A stretch of DNA of 41,664 nt from Actinomycetota bacterium (GTDB lineage Bacteria; Actinomycetota; Acidimicrobiia; Acidimicrobiales; WLNW01), in NCBI GenBank assembly GCA_043738925.1, contig JAYUFA010000138.1:1-41664 (forward strand). The letters are read 5' to 3'. The position numbers were made by a program, and so were the translations under genes. Shown here piece after piece: positions 25,390 to 34,879 of this stretch (positions within the stretch are counted from its first letter, which is position 1; every line of letters starts with the position of its first letter). The notes beneath the pieces are model-generated. The model saw only the letters and a list, made by a program, of their open reading frames with translations, was not told where the DNA came from and searched no databases.

Positions 25390-26447
25390 TTTGTTGCGAG
25401 GCACAACACTGCCAGCATCAACAACGGCATCGTCGAGCGGGTCGCGCCGAAGTCGATGCCGACCACGTTGTGATTCATCAACGACACGAACGCGATGCTG
25501 CACACGAGCGCCGGCCAGAGGGGGTGATTTCGGCGCGTGCGCCGCAGCGCAACCGCGGTCACGCCAAGCGCACTGATGGTGGAAAGCATGCCGAGATGAT
25601 TCGTGCCCGCGAGCCAATGGTCGCGAACGGCACCGATCAAGCCGCTGAAGGGTGCGCCGAGCTCGTCGACCTTTTCGTGGGGTGACGCCGGCAGGGTGAT
25701 GCGCAGCCAGAGTGCCCAGCTCCCTGCGGCCGTGATCGGTATTGCGGCGAGCAACGTGTCGGAACGAGTGCGACGCGCGATCGCCCATCCCACGAACACG
25801 ATCACCGCGGTCTCGCGTGTGAGCACGGCGAGACATGCAACCCCGATTGCGAAGCCGGCGCGGCGATGTGCCGCAAGCGCGAGAGCGACAAGCACCAGTG
25901 CCATGGCGAGCGCATCAGAGACGGTCACCCTCAGCGACATGTATGCGCCGGGCAGCAGGGGAAAGACAGCGGCGGGCCATGCGCGGCCACCAAGAGCAGT
26001 GCTCAGCGCACCCGCGCCGATACCACCGAGAAACAGCGCGCCGACACCCACCGCGAAGAAGGCGATGACCAAACTTGCACCGCCACCGCCTTGCGGATGC
26101 ACAACGCGCGCGAGCCACGCGAACAGCGGTCGTTGCCATCGATACGCGGGCCGATCGAGCGACGTTGCGGCCACATCGAGATGCGCCGGGCTCCGCGCCA
26201 TCGCGTAGTACTGCTGACCATCGAGGCCGAGGCCGTGGGGCAATTCGACACCGGGGAAGTCGTGTTGCACCAACGCGGCCGACGGCCCAAGCGCGCCACC
26301 CTGGAGCAAGTTCGCGGGGTGCGCGCCGGTGCGGTTCACATCCCACAGCACGATCACGGCCATCGTGAGCGTGCTCAGCAGCGCAAGGTGCACGATGCGC
26401 CGCCACGGCGTAGCTGCGTGCATTTGGTTGGCACGTTCTCGGGTCAC
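25296..26447 (-). CDS. polytopic membrane protein, probable surface-glycopolymer biogenesis factor (family uncertain)
   Basis: Track ORF trimmed. GTG 26447 overlaps the stop of the upstream Wzy_C gene (GTGA); ATG 26423 is an alternative. About 9-10 TM segments. An extracytoplasmic loop reads GLGLDGQQYYAMARSPAHLD...RPAYRWQRPLF, reminiscent of the DGxxYxxIAxxP motif of glycopolymer-formation membrane proteins (from memory, uncertain). Confidence 0.6.
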   Translation of the reverse strand: MTRERANQMHAATPWRRIVHLALLSTLTMAVIVLWDVNRTGAHPANLLQGGALGPSAALVQHDFPGVELPHGLGLDGQQYYAMARSPAHLDVAATSLDRPAYRWQRPLFAWLARVVHPQGGGGASLVIAFFAVGVGALFLGGIGAGALSTALGGRAWPAAVFPLLPGAYMSLRVTVSDALAMALVLVALALAAHRRAGFAIGVACLAVLTRETAVIVFVGWAIARRTRSDTLLAAIPITAAGSWALWLRITLPASPHEKVDELGAPFSGLIGAVRDHWLAGTNHLGMLSTISALGVTAVALRRTRRNHPLWPALVCSIAFVSLMNHNVVGIDFGATRSTMPLLMLAVLCLATNQARVEKSAPAAQGAAGIAGPDAVSGALASR

Positions 26448-27757
26448 GTGACCGCCCCTATGGTGGTCTTTCGTCCGGAGATCGCGGGAGGGCCGAGCTG
26501 CGGGTGTTCCAGAAGGCCCAACCAGATTGCGCTGAGCGCAATGCCGGTCGGGAAGACATAGGCGTACGAGTCGAGCATCACAAACGGCACGAGCAGCCAC
26601 GCGCCGCCCAACACGAGTACCCCGCGACGCGCAATCCGCTTCGCATACCAGAGACAGGCTGCGGCCACGACACACGCGCCAAATACGCCGAGCTCGGCTG
26701 CGGCTTGCACAAGCAGGTTGTGCGACGGCAGGAGCTCACCGTCGGGTGGCCCCGGCTCGGCAAGAGCGAGCACGTAGCGCGCCGGGCCCACGCCGGTGAG
26801 CGGATGCTCGGTGGCGAGCTCCAGGCCGTGGCGGGCGAGCGTGACACGGCCTCGGTCCGCGCCGCTGCCGGCGCTCTGCTGAGCGCGGGTCGACCATCCG
26901 CTCGAGAACAGGATTGTGGTCGCGGCGAGCCCGAAGAGCAGCGAACCGACGAGTAGTCGCGTGGTGTAATCGGCTTTGTCGCGACGCGAGAAACACCACA
27001 CGACCGCCGCGGGAATCAACGCGAGCAGCATGGCTCGCGAGAACGTGACGGCGAGACCTGCGCCGATCAACGCGAGTGCAGCCATCCACAGCCGCAGGTT
27101 GAACGGTCGATCCGCGCGGCCCGCGACCAGTGCCGCATACGCGGCGAGCAACAGAAATACCGTGAGGTGGTACGGGTGCGACAAGCCTCCACGACCAGCG
27201 TGCGTGGCCCCGAAAGCAAACAGAGGCCCAGCATGATCAATCGGGTAAAGCGAAAACCCATGACCAGCAACGACTTGCGCCATTGCCAGGATCGCCTCGG
27301 CGACCCCGCACACGGTCAGCGCGACGCACATCTTGCGGAGGTTTCGTGTCGACAAGCGGCGAATGACATCGACGAGGGCAACACACGCAAACAGTCGCAC
27401 CGCGTATTCGATGCCACGCCACGACGGGTGCACGGCCAACGAGATCGCAAACACGGCGACGAACGCGCTCGCGATGACGACGCCGGCAGATGCGCGTGGA
27501 CGCGGATCAGCACGTGCCTTCGGTGCGACCTCGCGCAGCCAGACGATGACCAGTGCGCTCAATGCGACATCGAACGGTGAGAGCGTGACACGTCGATTGA
27601 AGTCGTCAGCGGCGCCGGGTGCGAACCACACGACCCAGCCCACGGCCAGCGGGATCATCACGATCGTTGCCACCAACAGCTGCGTGGCGCGGTCGGACGC
27701 GCGCGCCCGCTCGGGCGCAGGCGCGCGATCGTGGGGCGGCGTTTGCGTGGCGGTCAT
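26444..27757 (-). CDS. O-antigen ligase family (Wzy_C domain) membrane protein: ligase, polymerase or O-oligosaccharyltransferase
   Basis: Track ORF trimmed to ATG 27757. Multi-TM protein with a Wzy_C-like core (LWMAALALIGAGLAVTFSRAMLLALIPAAV), a large loop (SGWSTRAQQSAG...HPLTGVGPARY) and HNLLVQAAAELGVFG. Confidence 0.8.
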   Translation of the reverse strand: MTATQTPPHDRAPAPERARASDRATQLLVATIVMIPLAVGWVVWFAPGAADDFNRRVTLSPFDVALSALVIVWLREVAPKARADPRPRASAGVVIASAFVAVFAISLAVHPSWRGIEYAVRLFACVALVDVIRRLSTRNLRKMCVALTVCGVAEAILAMAQVVAGHGFSLYPIDHAGPLFAFGATHAGRGGLSHPYHLTVFLLLAAYAALVAGRADRPFNLRLWMAALALIGAGLAVTFSRAMLLALIPAAVVWCFSRRDKADYTTRLLVGSLLFGLAATTILFSSGWSTRAQQSAGSGADRGRVTLARHGLELATEHPLTGVGPARYVLALAEPGPPDGELLPSHNLLVQAAAELGVFGACVVAAACLWYAKRIARRGVLVLGGAWLLVPFVMLDSYAYVFPTGIALSAIWLGLLEHPQLGPPAISGRKTTIGAVT

Positions 27758-27803
27758 CTCTACAAACCATCGACATCGCGACCGTTGACCTGAGGCGTCT
27801 GAG

Positions 27804-27817
27804 GCGGTCGCGACCGC
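27804..27817. promoter_or_regulatory. perfect 14-bp palindrome in divergent promoter region (candidate operator)
   Basis: GCGGTCGCGACCGC is its own reverse complement. It overlaps a direct repeat of TGAGGCG at 27791-27797 and 27800-27806. It lies in the 104-nt gap between the divergently transcribed Wzy_C and GT-C-like genes. Confidence 0.3.
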
Positions 27818-27861
27818 GGCTCGCCGCTCAACCGCTGCGCGAGCAAGCCGATAGGTCCACG

Positions 27862-29631
27862 ATGAGCACGCAGGTGAGCGAGCGGCCGGTCGTGGGCGAT
27901 GACGGTCCCGAATCACCAGCCCTTCTGGCGTTCTTCAAGCAGTGGTCGTCATTGTGGATACATGTCGGTGCACTGGCTATCGCTCTGTTCTTGGTATTCG
28001 CCGTGGTGCGGCCGGGTCAACCATCGATTTCCGACGAGGGTGCGGCGCTCGCGCAGATCGACGCGCTCAACTCCGGACGCGGATGGCTGATGCCGCATCC
28101 GTTTCCGGCCTTGACCACGGTCGGCGCGGCCTTTCCGATTGACTTGTCGCTACGACGGCCGGGCACTGACGACTACGCGCCACTGGCGAAGCATCCGCTG
28201 TACTCCATGCTGCTGGTGGGCCCGTACCGCGAAGGTGGTGTGCCCGCGACAATCGCGGTCTCGGTGTTTGGCACGCTGGCAGCTGCGCTTGCGGCGGCGT
28301 TGATCGCGCGTCGGATCGATCGTCGCGCGGACCGTGTTGCGTTGTGGCTGACGGGGGCCGCAACGCCGCTGTTCTACGACGGGTATCTCGTGTTAGCGCA
28401 TTCCTTGGCGGCGGCCTTGTTGGGCTTCGCGGTGCTGATGCTCGTCTCGCGACGCCGGCGCGGTCGCAGCATCGCCGTGCTCGGCGGCCTGCTTTGCCTG
28501 CTCGCTGCACAGCTGCTGCGGAACGAGGCCGTGCTGTTCGGCGGCGCGCTTTGCATCGCGTTCGCCTTCGCCGGCCTTCGGCGTGGATCACGACGCGATA
28601 CTTGGATCGGTCTCGCTGTTGCCTGCACAACGGTGTTCGGCTATCGCCTTGACGCGCTTTGGCAGGGCCACACGGTCGGCGGCGCATCGCAAACGTTCTC
28701 GATAGCGCGCCACGGCTCGTTCGTGGTCGAACGATGGCACGGTCTGGTCAACGCGTTTCTTCGCCTCCCAGACATTGCGCCCGCGCCGCGGTTGTTGCTG
28801 ATGGCCACGTTGGCGTCGGCCGCCGCCGCAGCGCGCTGTGCGCGGCGACCCGCCCGGCACGCGTACGTGGGACGGCTCGCCGTCAGCGCGGCCCTGTGCG
28901 CGACGGCGGCGTTCGTGCTCGCACCACACACGCTCGTTCCCGCGATGGTGCTCACGGCACCGGTGATGTTCGCCGGCCTGCTCCTCATCGATCGTTCGTT
29001 CTGGGCCGAACCGGCTGCGGTGGTCGCCGCGGTGACCGCGACACTCTTCGCGATCGCAGTCGCTGCGACCCAGTACGGCGATGCAGGGAGCGCGTGGGGC
29101 GGGCGGTACTTCGCGGTCGGCTTGCCGATGGTGACTCCGCTCGCGGCGGTTGGACTCTCGCGTGCCTACGCGTCGCTCCCCGTTGCAACGCGCCGATCGG
29201 CGCTGGTCGGCACGATCGGTGTGTCTTTCGCGCTGGCGGCGATGGCCTCGTCGTCACTTCTTGCCGACCATCGGTTCGCCGCCGCGACACAGCAAGCTGT
29301 CGCGGTAGCAACGGCAGGTGCCGCGCCAGGCGACGGTGACCCGCGTCCTGTGGTCATTGCCGGAGACCGCGCGTTCGGGCGCCTGTTGTGGCCCCTCGTG
29401 CGTGATCAACGATGGGTGACCGACGAGGGCAATCTCGCACCGGTGGCTTCCGGTATGCGCAACGCCGGCATCCGGATGTTGACGGTGATCACCCCACGGC
29501 CGAAGCAGGCGATCGACCAACTTGCTCCGTGGTACGTAGCCACCAACGGCGTAACCCGCGTGAGTGTCGACGTGCCCTTCGGTCGTCGCGTCACGCTCGA
29601 CGTTGGTGTGGTCACCTTCACAGCGAGATAG
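27862..29631 (+). CDS. large polytopic membrane protein, GT-C-like putative glycosyltransferase
   Basis: Track ORF trimmed to ATG 27862. TM1 is followed by a loop with an acidic pair (PSISDEGAALAQIDALNSGRGWLMPHPFP...LAKHPLYSML). At least 10 TM segments follow, then a C-terminal soluble domain of about 100 aa. It ends 47 nt before uvrA. Confidence 0.6.
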   Translation: MSTQVSERPVVGDDGPESPALLAFFKQWSSLWIHVGALAIALFLVFAVVRPGQPSISDEGAALAQIDALNSGRGWLMPHPFPALTTVGAAFPIDLSLRRPGTDDYAPLAKHPLYSMLLVGPYREGGVPATIAVSVFGTLAAALAAALIARRIDRRADRVALWLTGAATPLFYDGYLVLAHSLAAALLGFAVLMLVSRRRRGRSIAVLGGLLCLLAAQLLRNEAVLFGGALCIAFAFAGLRRGSRRDTWIGLAVACTTVFGYRLDALWQGHTVGGASQTFSIARHGSFVVERWHGLVNAFLRLPDIAPAPRLLLMATLASAAAAARCARRPARHAYVGRLAVSAALCATAAFVLAPHTLVPAMVLTAPVMFAGLLLIDRSFWAEPAAVVAAVTATLFAIAVAATQYGDAGSAWGGRYFAVGLPMVTPLAAVGLSRAYASLPVATRRSALVGTIGVSFALAAMASSSLLADHRFAAATQQAVAVATAGAAPGDGDPRPVVIAGDRAFGRLLWPLVRDQRWVTDEGNLAPVASGMRNAGIRMLTVITPRPKQAIDQLAPWYVATNGVTRVSVDVPFGRRVTLDVGVVTFTAR

Positions 29632-29638
29632 GCGCTAC

Positions 29639-29652
29639 CAAACACGTGTTCG
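29639..29652 (+). promoter_or_regulatory. LexA/Cheo-box-like palindrome upstream of uvrA
   Basis: CAAAC-ACGT-GTTCG has one core mismatch to GAAC-N4-GTTC (consensus CGAAC-N4-GTTCG). It lies 27-40 nt upstream of the uvrA GTG. TAGGCT (29667-29672) ends 6 nt before the start codon. Confidence 0.4.
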
Positions 29653-29678
29653 TGGGCTTCGGGGCCTAGGCTCGCGCC

Positions 29679-32591
29679 GTGGCCGAGCAGCTCATCATCC
29701 GCGGTGCCCGCGAGCACAACCTCCGCAACGTCGATCTGACCCTCCCGCGCGATCGCCTTATCGTGTTCACTGGCTTGTCCGGTTCGGGCAAATCATCGCT
29801 TGCGTTCGACACGATCTATGCGGAAGGCCAACGTCGCTACGTCGAGTCGCTGTCGGCATATGCGCGCCAGTTTCTCGGCCAGATGGACAAGCCCGATGTC
29901 GACTTCATCGAGGGCCTGTCGCCCGCGATCTCGATCGACCAGAAGTCGGCGTCACGGAACCCGCGTTCCACCGTCGGCACCATCACCGAGGTCTACGACT
30001 ACCTGCGGTTGTTGTACGCGCGCATCGGCATCCCGCACGATCCCGACACCGGCGAGGAGCTCATTCGCCAGACACCGCAGCAGATCGTCGATCGCATATT
30101 GACGCTGCCAGAAGGCACGCGGTTCCAAGTGCTTGCACCCGTGGTGCGGGGTCGCAAGGGCACATACGACACGTTGCTGTCCGAACTCGCATCAAAAGGC
30201 TTCGCCCGCGCCATCGTCGACGGCGAACTCATCGAGTTGGGCGCGTCGATGCAGCTCGACCTCGGCCGCTACGACATGCATACCATCACGGTTGTCGTTG
30301 ATCGCCTCGTGCTGCGCGATGGCCTCGAACGCCGCCTCACCGAGTCGATGGAAACCGCACTTGGGCTCGCCGACGGTGTCGCCGAAATCGAGATCCTGCC
30401 GGGCAAGGGTGCCGTCGGCGATGTCGAGCCGCAAACGATTATCTTCTCGCAGCATTTGGCGCGCCCGAGCGACGGGAAGAGTTTCGAGGAGTTGGCTCCA
30501 CGTAACTTCTCGTTCAACTCGCCGTATGGCGCGTGCGAGCACTGCGCGGGTCTCGGCACGGTGTTCGAGGTCGACCCCGAGCTGGTCGTACCCAACCCCG
30601 AGCTATCGATCGCCGAGGGCGCGATCGCTCCCTGGTCAAGTGGCCACAGCCAGTACTTCCATCGACTGCTCGACTCGGTCTGCGAAGAACTCGAGGTGAG
30701 CAACGCCACGGCATGGGATGAGTTGTCGAAGCAGACCCAAAAGGTGTTCCTGTACGGCTTGAAAAAGGATCGCGTCGAGGTCCGCTATCGCAACCGATAC
30801 GGACGCACGCGGTCCTACAACGCCAAATACGAGGGCATCATCCCGTACCTCAAGCGTCGTCACTCCGAAGCCGAGAGCGACTCGATGCGTGAGCAGATCG
30901 AGGGGTACATGCGCGAGGTTGCGTGCCCCGACTGTGGGGGCGCGCGGCTCAAGCCGTTGTCGCTCGCAGTAACGATCGGGCGCTACAACATCTCCGAAGT
31001 GTGCGCGATGCCCATCGGCGAGGCAGCCAAGGTGTTGGCCTCGCTCGTGTTCACCGAGCGCGAGGCCATCATCGCCGAGCAGGTGTTGAAGGAGATCAGC
31101 GCACGGCTCGGCTTCCTGCTCGATGTCGGTCTCGACTACCTCACGTTGTCGCGCAACGCAGGCACGCTTGCGGGCGGCGAGGCGCAACGCATTCGTCTCG
31201 CGTCGCAAATCGGCAGCGGTCTCGTCGGTGTGCTCTACGTGCTCGACGAACCGTCGATCGGTTTGCACCAACGCGACAACGCGCGTCTCATCGAGACACT
31301 GCTTCGGCTTCGCGACCTTGGCAACACCGTGCTCGTCGTCGAGCACGACGAGGAGACCATCAAGGTGGCCGACTACGTCGTCGACATCGGCCCCGGCGCC
31401 GGCGAGCACGGCGGGTACATCGTGCATGCCGGTTCCGTAGCGCAGCTCCTCAAGAACAAGGAGTCGGTGACCGGACAGTACCTGTCGGGCCGCCGCTCGA
31501 TACCCGTGCCCGAGAAGCGCCGCACGCCGGGCGAACAACGCCTCGTTGTGCGCGGTGCGCGCGAGAACAACCTGCGCAACATCGATGTCGAGATTCCGCT
31601 GGGCTGCTTCGTCGCCGTCACCGGCGTATCGGGTTCGGGCAAGAGCACACTCATCAACGAGATCCTTTACCACTCGCTGATGCAGAAGATCTACAGATCG
31701 AAGACGCCTCCCGGGTTACACAAGAGTGTTGAAGGCGTCGACCTGCTCGACAAAGTGATCAACATCGACCAGTCGCCGATCGGTCGTACGCCGCGCAGCA
31801 ACCCCGCCACGTACACCGGTGTATTCGACAACATCCGCAAGCTGTTCGCCGACACCACCGAGGCCAAGGTGCGCGGGTATCTGCCGGGTCGATTCAGCTT
31901 CAACGTCAAGGGTGGCCGCTGCGAGGCGTGTCAGGGCGACGGCACGATCAAGATCGAGATGCACTTCCTGCCCGACGTGTATGTGCCGTGCGAGGTGTGC
32001 AAGGGCAAGCGGTACAACCGCGACACTCTCGACATCTTGTTCAAGGGCAAGAACATCAGCGAGGTACTCGACCTGTCGTGCGAGGAGGCAGCGGAGTTTT
32101 TCCAGAACCAGCCGAACATCGCCCGCCACATGATCACGCTTGTCGACGTCGGCCTCGGTTACGTGCGGCTCGGCCAAAGTGCGCCCACGCTGTCGGGCGG
32201 CGAGGCGCAGCGCGTCAAACTCTCCACCGAGCTGGCCAAGCGGTCGACCGGCCACACCATCTACATCCTCGACGAGCCCACCACCGGGCTGCACTTCGAG
32301 GATGTACGCAAGCTGCTCACCGTGCTGACGCGCTTGGTCGACCAAGGCAATTCGGTGGTTGTGATCGAGCACAATCTCGACGTGATCAAAACTGCGGACT
32401 GGCTCATCGATCTCGGGCCCGAGGGTGGCTCCGGTGGTGGCTTGGTGGTTTGTGAAGGTCCGCCCGAGGTCGTCGCTGCGCACGCGACGAGCCACACCGG
32501 CCGGTTTCTCAAGCCCCTGCTGCCAGCGCTCGCGGCGGCCGCGCAGGTCGTGGAGACGGCACCAGGGAAAGGTCGTAAGAAGCGGGCGTGA
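29679..32591 (+). CDS. uvrA: excinuclease ABC subunit A
   Basis: Two ABC ATPase modules ([44 protein letters not shown] twice), zinc-finger Cys pairs ([18 protein letters not shown]...CEVCKG). 970 aa. Confidence 0.97.
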   Translation: MAEQLIIRGAREHNLRNVDLTLPRDRLIVFTGLSGSGKSSLAFDTIYAEGQRRYVESLSAYARQFLGQMDKPDVDFIEGLSPAISIDQKSASRNPRSTVGTITEVYDYLRLLYARIGIPHDPDTGEELIRQTPQQIVDRILTLPEGTRFQVLAPVVRGRKGTYDTLLSELASKGFARAIVDGELIELGASMQLDLGRYDMHTITVVVDRLVLRDGLERRLTESMETALGLADGVAEIEILPGKGAVGDVEPQTIIFSQHLARPSDGKSFEELAPRNFSFNSPYGACEHCAGLGTVFEVDPELVVPNPELSIAEGAIAPWSSGHSQYFHRLLDSVCEELEVSNATAWDELSKQTQKVFLYGLKKDRVEVRYRNRYGRTRSYNAKYEGIIPYLKRRHSEAESDSMREQIEGYMREVACPDCGGARLKPLSLAVTIGRYNISEVCAMPIGEAAKVLASLVFTEREAIIAEQVLKEISARLGFLLDVGLDYLTLSRNAGTLAGGEAQRIRLASQIGSGLVGVLYVLDEPSIGLHQRDNARLIETLLRLRDLGNTVLVVEHDEETIKVADYVVDIGPGAGEHGGYIVHAGSVAQLLKNKESVTGQYLSGRRSIPVPEKRRTPGEQRLVVRGARENNLRNIDVEIPLGCFVAVTGVSGSGKSTLINEILYHSLMQKIYRSKTPPGLHKSVEGVDLLDKVINIDQSPIGRTPRSNPATYTGVFDNIRKLFADTTEAKVRGYLPGRFSFNVKGGRCEACQGDGTIKIEMHFLPDVYVPCEVCKGKRYNRDTLDILFKGKNISEVLDLSCEEAAEFFQNQPNIARHMITLVDVGLGYVRLGQSAPTLSGGEAQRVKLSTELAKRSTGHTIYILDEPTTGLHFEDVRKLLTVLTRLVDQGNSVVVIEHNLDVIKTADWLIDLGPEGGSGGGLVVCEGPPEVVAAHATSHTGRFLKPLLPALAAAAQVVETAPGKGRKKRA

Positions 32592-32669
32592 TCTGCCGAT
32601 AGAGACCGCATGATCCTGTATTTCGCGGGGCGACAGGTCGGTCGTTCATTGCGTCCCGGACGCTGATCG

Positions 32670-33860
32670 ATGCGCGTCGCAATCGACGCACGGGTCGAGA
32701 ACGGCCGTGCCGGTGGAGTGCAGCAAGGTCTGATCGCGATAGCGACGGCGTTGTGTGCCGTCGACGCCACGTTGCGGCCAGAGCGAACGTTCGTCACCAT
32801 GACGGGGCTCGACGGCTGGCTGCGAGACGCAGGTGGAAGCGATGCGGCGTTCCTCGACCTGCCAGTTGGCGGTAGCCGGCGTATCGCCCGCCGTTTGCGT
32901 GGCCACCCGGCCGGCCGACGAGCGGTCGCCGCGGCGGTCGATATACGCAATCGACGAGCGCGACCGCGAGCTTCGTCAGGCACGTTCGAGTCGACCGGTG
33001 CGGACGTGGTGCTCTTTGCAACCCAACGGGCCGAGCTGTGCCGAACGCCGTTCGTGTACCTGCCGCACGATCTACAGCATCGTCACCTGCCGGAGTTCTT
33101 TCGACCCGCGGAGCGCCATCGTCGCGAGATCGAGTACCGCGCCTATTGCGAAGCGGCGGCGGTGGTGGTGGTGTTCACCGATTGGGCGGCGCTCGACCTG
33201 GCCGAGGCGTACGCAGTCGACCCGGCTCGTATCGTCGTAATCCCGCCTTGGGCGCCGAGCGTTCGGCCCGAGCCCTCGGCCGAAACGCCACGGTTGACGG
33301 TCCGCCCGTTCGCGCTCTTCCCCGGCCAGGCGTGGCCACACAAGAACCACCGCACGTTGTTCGAGGCGCTCGCGATGCTCCGTTCCGACGGCATCGACAT
33401 TCCGCTCGTGTGTCCCGGCGCGACTGGCGACGCGACACAACGTCTTCGTCGTCATGCGGATGCGCTCGGTGTCGGCGATCTCGTCACGTTTCCGGGCTTC
33501 GTCGACGCGGCCACGATGGACTCGCTCTGGAGCGGCGCACGGTGCCTCGTGTTCCCCTCGTTGTTCGAGGGCTGGGGCTATCCGGTGGTCGAGGCGATGG
33601 ATCGCGATGTTCCCGTCGCGTGCTCGATCGGTGTGATCCTCGACGCCGTATCGGGTGACGCCGCCCTGCGGTTCGCGCCGCGTGATGCCGAATCGATGGC
33701 CGGATCGCTCCGGACCTTGTGGTCCGATGAGATCGTTCGCGACTTGTGTGTTGAACGTGGTCGGGCGCACATCGCGCAGTTCTCCTGGCTGACGATGGGA
33801 GACCGCTACTTGCGAGCGTTCGAGCAGGCAATCGGCGCCGACTCGACGGTATTGCGATGA
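32670..33860 (+). CDS. glycosyltransferase family 4 (GT-B, retaining)
   Basis: C-terminal GT1/GT4 signature FPGFVDAATMDSLWSGARCLVFPSLFEGWGYPVVEAMDRDVPVACS (EX7E-like). Confidence 0.88.
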   Translation: MRVAIDARVENGRAGGVQQGLIAIATALCAVDATLRPERTFVTMTGLDGWLRDAGGSDAAFLDLPVGGSRRIARRLRGHPAGRRAVAAAVDIRNRRARPRASSGTFESTGADVVLFATQRAELCRTPFVYLPHDLQHRHLPEFFRPAERHRREIEYRAYCEAAAVVVVFTDWAALDLAEAYAVDPARIVVIPPWAPSVRPEPSAETPRLTVRPFALFPGQAWPHKNHRTLFEALAMLRSDGIDIPLVCPGATGDATQRLRRHADALGVGDLVTFPGFVDAATMDSLWSGARCLVFPSLFEGWGYPVVEAMDRDVPVACSIGVILDAVSGDAALRFAPRDAESMAGSLRTLWSDEIVRDLCVERGRAHIAQFSWLTMGDRYLRAFEQAIGADSTVLR

Positions 33861-34879
33861 AGCAGCTGGGCGATGGGCAGATGCCGCTTGTGACGGTGGT
33901 GATCCCCGCGCTCGACGAGCAGAAGGATATTGGCGGCTGCCTCGCCGCGATCGCGCAGCAGCATTACGACCTCAGCCAGCTCGAAGTGTTGCTCGTCGAC
34001 GCGGTGTCGACCGACGATACGGTTCCGGAGGCCAAGAGGGCGGCCCACGACCTCGGGCTGACGTTGGTGCTTTGCGAGAACTCGGCGAGACGCACGTCGG
34101 CCGGTTTGAACGTCGGCTTGGCCGCTGCGCGCGGCGATTACGTCGTGCGCGTGGACGCGCGCAGCCGCATTGGTCCCGGCTATGTCGCGGCTTGCGTTGA
34201 CACGCTGCGCAACCGGCCCGAGGTCGGCGTCGTCGGTGGCGCGCAGGTGACCATGCCGCGTAGCGATCAACTGCGCGCCCGCGCGATCGCGCGCGCTTGC
34301 AACAACCGCTGGCTCATGGGCCTCGCCCGCTACCGCCGTGGAGCACGCAGCGGAGCCACCGACACGGTGTGGATGGGCGCGTTTCGCACGGCCGATCTCC
34401 GGGCGATTGGGGGATGGGATGTCACCACGGGCATCAATGAGGACTACGAACTGAACGAGCGGTTTCGACGCGACGCCAGACTCGTGTGGTTCGACGCGTC
34501 CTTGCAATCGGGCTACCTCCCGCGCGCTGACCTGCGACGTGTCGCTCGGCAGTTCGTGGGGTATGGCCGAGGCAAGGCCGATGGGTGGGCCCGGGGGCGC
34601 CGGCCGGCGGTGCGTCACGTGGCTCTTGTCGTAGCGCCGCCAGTGCTCGTCGCAGGCGGCGCCGTGGCTGCGGCAGCATTCGGACCGATACCGGTGGTGG
34701 TCACCGGCCTCATCGCTGTACTGGCAATCGACCTGACCGGCGGCGCCGGCGTCGCCACCCCGACCGAGCGCGTGGCAGCCCTCGCCGTCAACGCGGTTGT
34801 CGGTGCGAGTTGGTGGTGGGGCGTGGTCTCCGGGTGGGCGGTCGGGTTCGCACGTCACCAGCCTCAGCAGTCAGGTTAG
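33857..34879 (+). CDS. glycosyltransferase family 2 (GT-A) with C-terminal membrane segments
   Basis: ATGA overlap with the GT4 gene. VTVVIPALDEQKDIGGCLAAIAQQ...LLVDAVSTDDT...VVRVDARS...GINEDYEL, and hydrophobic C-terminal helices. Confidence 0.88.
   Translation: MKQLGDGQMPLVTVVIPALDEQKDIGGCLAAIAQQHYDLSQLEVLLVDAVSTDDTVPEAKRAAHDLGLTLVLCENSARRTSAGLNVGLAAARGDYVVRVDARSRIGPGYVAACVDTLRNRPEVGVVGGAQVTMPRSDQLRARAIARACNNRWLMGLARYRRGARSGATDTVWMGAFRTADLRAIGGWDVTTGINEDYELNERFRRDARLVWFDASLQSGYLPRADLRRVARQFVGYGRGKADGWARGRRPAVRHVALVVAPPVLVAGGAVAAAAFGPIPVVVTGLIAVLAIDLTGGAGVATPTERVAALAVNAVVGASWWWGVVSGWAVGFARHQPQQSG

Noticed and set aside
26448-26675. Upstream extensions of the trimmed membrane-protein ORFs (also 27758..27916 and 27619..27861)
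   Set aside because: The extensions overlap neighbouring genes and are Arg-rich. Internal starts give sensible N-termini (a positive patch followed by TM1) and either coupled or divergent gene spacing.
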